Below are positions 8,733 to 15,295 of a stretch of 35,454 nucleotides of DNA, piece by piece (the stretch's first letter is position 1; each line of letters opens with the position of its first letter). Source of the stretch: Candidatus Levyibacteriota bacterium (lineage in GTDB: Bacteria > Patescibacteriota > Microgenomatia > Levybacterales > UBA12049). The translations under genes and the position numbers were made by a program. The notes under the pieces were generated by a model that was given only the letters and a program-made list of their open reading frames with translations, had not been told where the DNA came from and did not search any database. The stretch covers positions 1-35,454 of the forward strand of contig JACPDD010000009.1 of assembly GCA_016184205.1 (NCBI GenBank), read 5' to 3'.

Positions 8733-9158
8733 TTAGGGAAGAAACGGGAGGCTTGCGCCGAATATTTTTACCCACACCAGAGTATAGACCGCAAGGAAAA
8801 CTACTATTCCCACAACCATAACTATGGGTGAAATTTGTCCCGCCTTTTTCTTTGAACTGAAAACTTGCGAATTTGAGGCATCGACTATTGGTTCCTGCGG
8901 CGCTTGAACAGTTACGATTTCTTCTTTTGCCGGGACTTCCACAGTTTGGGAAGCCGGCTGTTGTGGTGTAAAAACTTGAGACTGTCCCTCAGAGGGAGCC
9001 GGGCTAGCAGCTTGCGCTGGAGGCGGAGGCAGTGGCGCAGATGATTGCTGCTCTTGTGAGGTAGTTTGGGTAGGCGGAACTCCCTGAATGGGAGTGTTCA
9101 TTACGCGATTATATGTTTCCTGAAGTTTGGGGTTAAGGCCTGCAAGCTGATTATCCAT
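8733..9158 (-). CDS. Pro/Gln-rich protein with a C-terminal TM helix
   Basis: 141-aa ORF with a low-complexity P/Q/S region, then ISPIVMVVGIVVFLAVYTLVWV. Upstream on the minus strand: TTGACA (9201-9196), 19 nt, TATAAT (9176-9171). Confidence 0.6.
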   Translation of the reverse strand: MDNQLAGLNPKLQETYNRVMNTPIQGVPPTQTTSQEQQSSAPLPPPPAQAASPAPSEGQSQVFTPQQPASQTVEVPAKEEIVTVQAPQEPIVDASNSQVFSSKKKAGQISPIVMVVGIVVFLAVYTLVWVKIFGASLPFLP

Positions 9159-9235
9159 AGGCAGTAACTTATTATAGCCTTTTTTAAGCTGTTTTTGTCA
9201 AGCCCATCTATCTTCTTTTGCGTCGGCAAAGCATT

Positions 9236-9403
9236 TTCTCTTTCTTTTGTCCGCCAAAAGAAGCAAAAGCTCGTTCGCAGGAAAGTCGCGCTAAAATTAT
9301 TTCGTTCGTTTGTCGGCTGATAACGGTCCACGCCTGTCAAGCAGGCGAGCTCCTTCCAGTCCGCTCCCTCCGAATCCACGGGTTCCCCCTGACAGCTCAC
9401 TTC
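9236..9403 (-). repeat. copy 1 of a duplicated structured element; the minus-strand 5' end is tmRNA-5'-half-like
   Basis: 9366-9403 is identical to 32258-32295 (38/38). 9251-9326 matches 32181-32256 at 57/76 with no gaps. The minus strand reads GGGGGAACCCGTGGATTCGGAGGG. Confidence 0.8.
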
Positions 9404-9414
9404 ATTATTTTTAA

Positions 9415-9442
9415 CTAGTGGCTAGTCGCTAATTGCTAGTTA
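9415..9442. repeat. four tandem degenerate heptads (CTAGTGG, CTAGTCG, CTAATTG, CTAGTTA)
   Basis: Read directly in the intergenic spacer just upstream of ATG 9453. Confidence 0.7.
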
Positions 9443-9452
9443 ATGTATAATA

Positions 9453-10361
9453 ATGGATATGAAAATTGTTGTTACTCATAGCTCGCCGGATATGGATGCA
9501 ATAACTTCTGTTTGGCTAATAAAGCGATATTTGCCCGGCTGGGAAGAGGCAAGCGTCCAATTCGTCCCCGCTGGGGAGCGACTTGGAAATCTCAAATCTC
9601 AAATCTCAAATCTCAAATCTCCCATTGAAAATATAAACGGCAATGAAGTCATTCATGTTGATACGGGTTTGGGTCCGCTGGATCATCATCAGATAGAGTC
9701 GGACAAAGTTTGCGGAGCAAGCCTGACGTTTGACTTTGTCAAACGAACTCACAACTCACAACTTGCAACTAACAACTCGGAAAGAATTAAAGACAAGATA
9801 GAAGCCATCCAGAGGATAGTAAAAGTTGTAGTGGACATTGACCATTTCAAAGAAGTTTTTTGGAAAGATGCAATGGCAGATTATCACGAATTTTCTCTAG
9901 TCAATATTTTGGATGGGCTTAAACTTCAGAGGCCAGGTGAGGACGCGTTTTACGTAGAGTTTGTAATGCAAAATCTTGACGCGCTTTTGCATGAATTTGA
10001 GAACAGAATTTGGGCGGAACAGGAAATTAAAACAAACGGAAAGGAATTTAAAACTCGATTTGGTAAGGCAATCGGATTTGAAACTTTAAACGATACCGTT
10101 ATAAAACTTTCGCAAAAAATGGGACATGTTTTAGTAGTACGCAAAGATCCAAGAAAAGGATATGTGAGAATTAAAGCAAGTCCTGATTCAAAAATCGACT
10201 TAACATTGGCTTATGAACAATTTAAGAAAATTGATCCTGCCGCGACCTGGTTTTTGCATGTAAGCAGGCGAATGCTCTTAAACGGTTCGGTTAAAAATCC
10301 AAAGATGAGGGCGACCTCGCTACCGCTCGGTGATATAATCAAAGTGCTTGAGCAGATATGA
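9453..10361 (+). CDS. DHH-family phosphoesterase-like protein carrying two heptad-repeat insertions
   Basis: VVTHSSPDMDAITS (DxD), HVDTG and LDHHQ (DHH) motifs. The exact subfamily was not resolved. Confidence 0.6.
   Translation: MDMKIVVTHSSPDMDAITSVWLIKRYLPGWEEASVQFVPAGERLGNLKSQISNLKSPIENINGNEVIHVDTGLGPLDHHQIESDKVCGASLTFDFVKRTHNSQLATNNSERIKDKIEAIQRIVKVVVDIDHFKEVFWKDAMADYHEFSLVNILDGLKLQRPGEDAFYVEFVMQNLDALLHEFENRIWAEQEIKTNGKEFKTRFGKAIGFETLNDTVIKLSQKMGHVLVVRKDPRKGYVRIKASPDSKIDLTLAYEQFKKIDPAATWFLHVSRRMLLNGSVKNPKMRATSLPLGDIIKVLEQI
9587..9621 (+). repeat. perfect tandem heptanucleotide repeat (AAATCTC)x5 inside the CDS
   Basis: Five exact units were counted base by base. They encode NLKSQISNLKS. 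Confidence 0.95.
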
Positions 10362-10687
10362 AGAATTGTATTTTCTGTAAAATTGCAAAGGGAGAAATTC
10401 CTAAAAAGTTTGGGTACCAGGACAAAGACATAATGGTTTTTGATGATATAAATCCCCTTGCTCCCATCCATATCCTTATAGTTCCCAAAAAACACATAAA
10501 AGATTTCAATAATATGGATGATTCAAGAATCTGGAATAAAATGAGAGGAGTTGCGCAAGTTATGGTGGCTAAAAAGGGAATTAAGAATAAGGGGTATCGT
10601 GTGGTTATAAACGGCGGGGGAGCCCAGATAATTGACCACTTACATCTTCATATAACTGGACCTCTGGGCAAATCCGCAAAAATGTAA
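10358..10687 (+). CDS. HIT-family (histidine triad) protein
   Basis: CIFCKIAKGEIP, IHILIVPKKH and DHLHLHI triad. The ATGA start overlaps the upstream stop. Confidence 0.9.
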   Translation: MKNCIFCKIAKGEIPKKFGYQDKDIMVFDDINPLAPIHILIVPKKHIKDFNNMDDSRIWNKMRGVAQVMVAKKGIKNKGYRVVINGGGAQIIDHLHLHITGPLGKSAKM

Positions 10688-10783
10688 GGCATCCACTGGT
10701 TTGTCAAGTAAGAAAGTACTATAATAGGAGAGAGTTGCCCATCCCGAACTTGTTGTTCGGTAGAATCGAGGTGTTTTATTTTT

Positions 10784-10966
10784 ATGGTAGTTGTTAAAAA
10801 AATGCCGGGAGAAAGCGATGAATCTTTGATTCGCAAATTTTCAAAAAAAGTTATGAATGAAGGCATAATCCAGGAAGCAAAAAGAAGAGAGTTCTATCTT
10901 AAGCCCTCACTTGCCCGAAAACAAAAGCAGGAGGATGCCAGACGTGTTAAAAAGGTCTGGGCATAA
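10784..10966 (+). CDS. rpsU: 30S ribosomal protein S21
   Basis: 60 aa, basic, with ESLIRKFSKKV...REFYLKPSLARKQKQ typical of S21. Confidence 0.8.
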   Translation: MVVVKKMPGESDESLIRKFSKKVMNEGIIQEAKRREFYLKPSLARKQKQEDARRVKKVWA

Positions 10967-10969
10967 TTT

Positions 10970-11365
10970 ATGGCGCAAGTAAATGTTCCTATTTTTGTTG
11001 AGAGCAGGTATAAAGTTAACAGAAAAAGAATAAAAAATACTATCCAGAGCGTGCTAAGTAAGCACGAGGTTGTGGGACAAATGGAAGTTTCTGTTGCCGT
11101 AGTTGGGGACAGGAAAATGCGCGCTCTTTCCCAAAAATACAAAGGGGAAGACAAGACAAGAAATATTTTATCCTTCTCTTTATCCGAAGGGGAGAGCGAG
11201 CGGGGCAAAGAAACCCGCGGCGATACCTTACTCCTTGGCGATATTGTCCTTTCATATCCGGAAGTTATAAGAGAGGCAGCGCGGGATGAGGTTTTGGTAG
11301 ACGACAAGGTGGATGAGCTTGTAATGCATGGACTCGAGCACCTACTCGGGCTACACCACGAGTAA
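10970..11365 (+). CDS. ybeY: rRNA maturation endoribonuclease YbeY
   Basis: C-terminal HGLEHLLGLHHE zinc-binding motif and GDIVLSYPEV. Confidence 0.85.
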   Translation: MAQVNVPIFVESRYKVNRKRIKNTIQSVLSKHEVVGQMEVSVAVVGDRKMRALSQKYKGEDKTRNILSFSLSEGESERGKETRGDTLLLGDIVLSYPEVIREAARDEVLVDDKVDELVMHGLEHLLGLHHE

Positions 11366-11410
11366 TAGTCAAATATTCAAATAGACAAATGGTCAAAACG
11401 GAACAATATA

Positions 11411-11767
11411 ATGCAAAATAAGCCTCAAGATATTCATGAGCGTATTTATCAATTTGTCATTGCAACCTTGAAATATATTCGTAAACTTCCAAAAACGCAG
11501 GAAAATTTTATAATAATTAATCAACTAGCTCGTTCCGCAACTTCTATGGGTGCTAATGATCAGGAGGCAGACGGAACGCATACAAAGAAAGACTTTATAT
11601 CTAAGTATGCTATCGTTAGGAAAGAAACAAAGGAATCAGCATATTGGCTTAGAGCATTGGCAGATTTAAACCCTCGTTATTTAGCTGAGGGAACAAAGCT
11701 TAGAGAAGAAGCTATTGAAATTGCAAAAATAGTTAGTACAATAATCTACAAAACTACAAATAAATAA
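11411..11767 (+). CDS. four-helix-bundle protein (23S rRNA intervening-sequence protein family)
   Basis: IYQFV..........LPK, QLARSATSMGANDQEA, KDFISKY.IVRKETKESAYWLRAL: family-typical pattern. Confidence 0.8.
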   Translation: MQNKPQDIHERIYQFVIATLKYIRKLPKTQENFIIINQLARSATSMGANDQEADGTHTKKDFISKYAIVRKETKESAYWLRALADLNPRYLAEGTKLREEAIEIAKIVSTIIYKTTNK

Positions 11768-11768
11768 T

Positions 11769-11798
11769 TGATTTGTTTATTTGGCTATTTGTAATATT
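11769..11798 (+). promoter_or_regulatory. candidate dnaX promoter embedded in the cassette's right arm
   Basis: TTGATT (11769-11774), 18-nt spacer, TAATAT (11793-11798). A GAAAGGAG RBS precedes ATG 11825. Confidence 0.35.
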
Positions 11799-11824
11799 GG
11801 TAGCATTACGACTGAAAGGAGTTT

Positions 11825-13390
11825 ATGGTTTTTTATAGAAAATACAGACCGCAAACAATTGAAGAGCTTGACAGTGAAACAGTGAGAGATAAGCTCTCCT
11901 TAATACTTTCTGCAAAAAATGTTTCCCACGCATTTCTATTTACCGGGCCCAAGGGACTAGGAAAAACATCAGCGGCAAGAATTGTTGCAAAGATTGTCAA
12001 TTGCGAGCGTCTAGCGTCTAGAAAGTCAGCGTCTAGTTCGAGAGAAAAAAAACTGAACGCTAAACGCTATTCACTAAGCGCTAAACTGGAGCCCTGCAAT
12101 AAATGCGAACAATGTGTTTCAATAGCGGAAGGAAGAAATTTCGATGTTTTGGAGATTGATGCAGCGTCAAACAGGGGCATTGACGAAATAAGAGACCTTA
12201 GAGAGAAGATAAGGCTTGCTCCAATGAAAGCTTCAAAAAAAGTTTACATAATTGACGAGGTTCATATGTTAACACAGGAAGCATTTGACGCGCTTTTAAA
12301 AACTTTGGAGGAACCGCCGGCCCACGTGCTTTTTGTTCTTTGTACAACAGAGCCGCAAAAAGTCCCACCAACCATAGTCTCCCGTTGTGTCCATATAACT
12401 TTCAACAAGGCAACCGAAGAAGAGTTGGTAAGAGCTTTTCAACGAATTGCAAAAGGAGAAAAGCTAAGTGTTGACAAAGAAGTTCTTTTTGATATTGCTA
12501 ATTTGTCCGATGGAAGTTTTAGAGACGGAACAAAAATACTTGAAGAGTTGGTGGTATCTGCTAAGGGAAAAAAGATTACAAAGGAACTTTTGGAAAGAAG
12601 CTACAAAGTCTCAAGCCTTAACAGGCTAATTCTGGATTTGTTAAGGGAAGTTTCTGAGAAAAATATAAAAGACGCACTTAAATTGATTAATGAAATTTCA
12701 AAGCAGGGAATAGACATAAAATATTTTGTGGACCAGCTTATAGAAACTCTTCATAAGATACTTTTGTTTCAGCTTAAAGTAACTTCCGAAGCCCCTGCAG
12801 CAGGATTTAATTTGGAGGATTTAAAAAAACTGATAGAACTTTTAAGTAAATATTATCCGCAGATGAAATATTCGGTTATTCCACAGCTGCCGCTTGAAAT
12901 GGCCGTAATAGAATATTGCCAAGAAAGTGAACCGATGCACTTTGCTCGCCAGCCACAGTCTGCAAGTGACGCTCACCCAGCTAGTTCTGAAAATCAGAGT
13001 TCTTCCTGTTCGCTAAGTGAGAGCCTGTCTCAAAGTCAGTCTCCAAAAAATGCTAAATCGGCTCTCAGTTCACTTGCAGATGAGCCGGCTCGCCGCACAC
13101 CGGTAGAAGAGATAAATAGGGGGAGACAAACATCAATAGAGCAGCGCACAAGCGGGGCAAAAAGTTTCTTTCAGGAATTGATTGAAGAAGTGAAATCTCA
13201 TAATCATTCAATTGCAGGAGTTTTACGCGGGTGCAGCGCAGAAGTAGATGGAAACAAAATAACAATTGCTACAAAATATAAATTTCACAAGGAGAAACTT
13301 GAGGAAAGAGGAGTATTGGAAATTTTGGAAAAAGTTTCAAGCGCGCTCACTGGCAAAAAGACGGTGGTTTCGGTTATACTCAATAAATAG
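11825..13390 (+). CDS. dnaX: DNA polymerase III subunit gamma/tau
   Basis: YRPQTIEEL, FTGPKGLGKTS (Walker A), VLEIDAASNRGIDEIR, YIIDEVHMLT and SRC. Contains a ~22-aa insertion in the Cys cluster and a Ser/Gln-rich linker. Confidence 0.93.
   Translation: MVFYRKYRPQTIEELDSETVRDKLSLILSAKNVSHAFLFTGPKGLGKTSAARIVAKIVNCERLASRKSASSSREKKLNAKRYSLSAKLEPCNKCEQCVSIAEGRNFDVLEIDAASNRGIDEIRDLREKIRLAPMKASKKVYIIDEVHMLTQEAFDALLKTLEEPPAHVLFVLCTTEPQKVPPTIVSRCVHITFNKATEEELVRAFQRIAKGEKLSVDKEVLFDIANLSDGSFRDGTKILEELVVSAKGKKITKELLERSYKVSSLNRLILDLLREVSEKNIKDALKLINEISKQGIDIKYFVDQLIETLHKILLFQLKVTSEAPAAGFNLEDLKKLIELLSKYYPQMKYSVIPQLPLEMAVIEYCQESEPMHFARQPQSASDAHPASSENQSSSCSLSESLSQSQSPKNAKSALSSLADEPARRTPVEEINRGRQTSIEQRTSGAKSFFQELIEEVKSHNHSIAGVLRGCSAEVDGNKITIATKYKFHKEKLEERGVLEILEKVSSALTGKKTVVSVILNK
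12006..12085 (+). repeat. in-frame palindromic heptad-repeat insertion within dnaX
   Basis: The left arm has AGCGTCT x3 (12006, 12013, 12028). The right arm has AACGCTA, AACGCTA and AGCGCTA (12056, 12063, 12077). AAACGCT is 6/7 identical to the reverse complement AGACGCT. The central loop contains an A8 run. Confidence 0.75.
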
Positions 13391-13405
13391 AGGAGGTGTT
13401 TAATT

Positions 13406-13687
13406 TTGAATAATCCATTTTCACAAATTTCCGAACTTAAAAAAATGAGAGATCAGGCAATGCAAATACAAAAAGTCCTGCAGGCAGAAGAAGTTACAGT
13501 TGAAAAAAATGGAGTAAATGTTGTTATAACAGGCGACCAGAAGATAAAGGAGCTGCGTTCAAACGGACGCTTGGATAATGATATTAAAGAGGCAGTTAAC
13601 GAAGCAGTTAAAAAATCTCAGGAAGTTGCAGCAAAGAAGCTTTCTCAAATGGGCGGAGGACTTGGAGGTCTTTTAGGTGGTTCCTAA
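13406..13687 (+). CDS. ybaB: YbaB/EbfC nucleoid-associated protein
   Basis: 93 aa in the canonical position after dnaX, with a Gly-rich tail. An AGGAGG RBS precedes the TTG start. Confidence 0.8.
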   Translation: MNNPFSQISELKKMRDQAMQIQKVLQAEEVTVEKNGVNVVITGDQKIKELRSNGRLDNDIKEAVNEAVKKSQEVAAKKLSQMGGGLGGLLGGS

Positions 13688-14621
13688 AGTATTTAGCGGC
13701 AGCTCAAATTTGCCTTTAGCTCAAAAGGTCAGCAAAAATCTTGGCTTAAAATTGTCGCCCCTTGAGATAACCGTTTTTGCGGACGGAGAAAAGAGAGTTA
13801 GGGTTGTAGACAATGTTGTAGATATAGAAACTGTGGTAGTTCAGTCTACTGCCGCACCCGCAGACGCAAACTACATGGAGTTATTTTTCATTATTGACGC
13901 ACTAAAGCGAAGCGGTGCAAAATCTGTTACTGTGGTTATTCCATATCTTGGATATCAAAGACAAGACCATGTATTTAGAGATGGCGAAGCAGTCTCTTTG
14001 GGTGTAGTTATAAAAGCTATTGAAAGTTTGGGAGCTTCAAAGGTTATAACGTTTGATCTGCACACGGTAAAAATCCCGGAACTTTTTAGAATTCCCGTTT
14101 CTCATTTGTCAGCCCTTCCTCTTTTTGCGGAAAAAATAAAGAAAATGGCCAATGGCTCGCCTCGCGTCGAAGCGGGTCAATTGTCAATTGTCAATTGTTC
14201 TCTTGTTTCACCGGATTTGGGTGGAGTAAGAAGGATTAAATTGATTTCGGAAATGCTAGGAAATATGCCTTATGCAATAATTGTTAAAAATAGAAACCTT
14301 GACAGCGGAGAAATAACAGCAGAAAAAATAGAAGGAAAGGTTTTTAGCAAAGCGGTAATTGTTGATGATATGATTTCAAGCGGGAAAACAATGGTTGCCG
14401 CGGCTGAGTTACTCAAAGAAAGTGGAGCGCAAGAGATAATCGCTATGGCAACTCACGCGGTTTTATCTTCTGGTTCTCCGGAAGTTTTACAAAATTCTAT
14501 TATCTCAAAAGTGTTTGTGACCGATACAATAGCAATTCCAGAACAAAAAAAGTTCCCTAAGTTAGAAGTAATATCGGTGGCTGATATAATAGCCAAAGAG
14601 ATAAGGAAAAATAATAGCTAA
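13677..14621 (+). CDS. prs: ribose-phosphate pyrophosphokinase
   Basis: VFSGSSNLPLAQKV, FADGE, VIPYLGYQRQD and VIVDDMISSGKT. Carries a ~12-aa insertion at 14146-14200. Confidence 0.92.
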   Translation: MVPKVFSGSSNLPLAQKVSKNLGLKLSPLEITVFADGEKRVRVVDNVVDIETVVVQSTAAPADANYMELFFIIDALKRSGAKSVTVVIPYLGYQRQDHVFRDGEAVSLGVVIKAIESLGASKVITFDLHTVKIPELFRIPVSHLSALPLFAEKIKKMANGSPRVEAGQLSIVNCSLVSPDLGGVRRIKLISEMLGNMPYAIIVKNRNLDSGEITAEKIEGKVFSKAVIVDDMISSGKTMVAAAELLKESGAQEIIAMATHAVLSSGSPEVLQNSIISKVFVTDTIAIPEQKKFPKLEVISVADIIAKEIRKNNS

Positions 14622-14668
14622 ATAGCTGTATAGCTATATGGCTATTTAACCATGTAGCTATTTAATTT
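14613..14668. repeat. octad-periodic block built on the palindromic word TAGCTA
   Basis: AATAGCTA, AATAGCTG, TATAGCTA, TATGGCTA, TTTAACCA, TGTAGCTA read in 8-nt register across the prs stop and the prs-recR spacer. Confidence 0.7.
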
Positions 14669-14669
14669 T

Positions 14670-15284
14670 ATGAGGATTCCAAAAGCAATACAAAATTTAA
14701 TTGAAAGCTTTGAAAGGCTTCCCGGCATTGGCCCTAAAACTGCGCAAAGATTAACATTTTATCTTTTGCATGTTCCGCAGGTAGAGCTTGATAAATTTGC
14801 CCAAGCCATACTGGCAATTAAAAAAGATACTGTTCTTTGCTCAATTTGCTTTACAGTAGCAGAGGCGGATCCTTGTTCAATTTGTGCCGACTCAAGAAGA
14901 GATAAAGCAGTCATTTGTGTAGTTGAGCAGCCTTTGGATGTTTTGGCACTTGAAAAAAACGGGAAGTACAATGGGGTTTATCATGTTTTACATGGAAGGA
15001 TAGACCCTCTCAACAATATTGGTCCGTCTGAGATTTATGTTGACCAGCTTATACAAAGAATTAAAGATTCAACAAATGGAACTTCTGTAAGGGAAATAAT
15101 CTTAGCAACAAACCCAACAATGGAGGGGGAGGCAACAGCTATGTATATCTCAAAACAGTTAAAAGTTCAAAGTTTAAAGTTAAAAGTTACAAGAATTGGG
15201 AGAGGACTCCCCGTAGGCGCAGACATTGAATATGCGGATGAAATTACACTTCAGCGCGCAATGGAAGGAAGGAGCGATTACTGA
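14670..15284 (+). CDS. recR: recombination protein RecR
   Basis: LPGIGPKTAQRL (HhH), the C4 finger CSICFTVAE..PCSIC, and Toprim ILATNPTMEGEATAMY. Confidence 0.93.
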   Translation: MRIPKAIQNLIESFERLPGIGPKTAQRLTFYLLHVPQVELDKFAQAILAIKKDTVLCSICFTVAEADPCSICADSRRDKAVICVVEQPLDVLALEKNGKYNGVYHVLHGRIDPLNNIGPSEIYVDQLIQRIKDSTNGTSVREIILATNPTMEGEATAMYISKQLKVQSLKLKVTRIGRGLPVGADIEYADEITLQRAMEGRSDY

Positions 15285-15295
15285 AATAAATTAAA

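Larger units (their letters stand above)
11366..11800 (+). mobile_element. putative inverted-repeat-bracketed mini-cassette carrying a four-helix-bundle gene
   Basis: Arm 11372-11398 (CAAAT octads) is the imperfect reverse complement of arm 11771-11798 (ATTTG octads): 22 of 27 positions plus a 1-nt bulge. Confidence 0.45.

Noticed and set aside
9366-9403. tRNA gene suggested by the TCCGAATCCACGGGTTC string
   Set aside because: No cloverleaf can be drawn on either strand. There is no D-arm or anticodon arm, and no complementary acceptor 3' strand within 100 nt. The string is better explained as the tRNA-like 5' strand of a tmRNA-type fold.
8990-9403. Complete standard tmRNA (ssrA) gene on the minus strand
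   Set aside because: A standard ssrA needs a T-arm and a TTCCCCC-ACCA 3' end about 300-400 nt downstream of the GGGGG start. That region holds a promoter-like site and a plausible 141-aa CDS instead. I saw no TGGTGGGGGAA-type sequence on the + strand. The tag-like frames do not end in a typical hydrophobic tag.
9587-9621. CRISPR array, considered for this and the other tandem repeat blocks
   Set aside because: The units are only 7-8 nt and contiguous, with no spacers. There are no 24-40 nt repeats and no cas genes in the window.
12040-12056. A8 run in dnaX as a tau/gamma programmed frameshift site
   Set aside because: It lies at about codon 75, inside the palindromic insert and upstream of the Walker B and sensor motifs. 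A frameshift there would abolish the ATPase rather than produce a gamma-like product.
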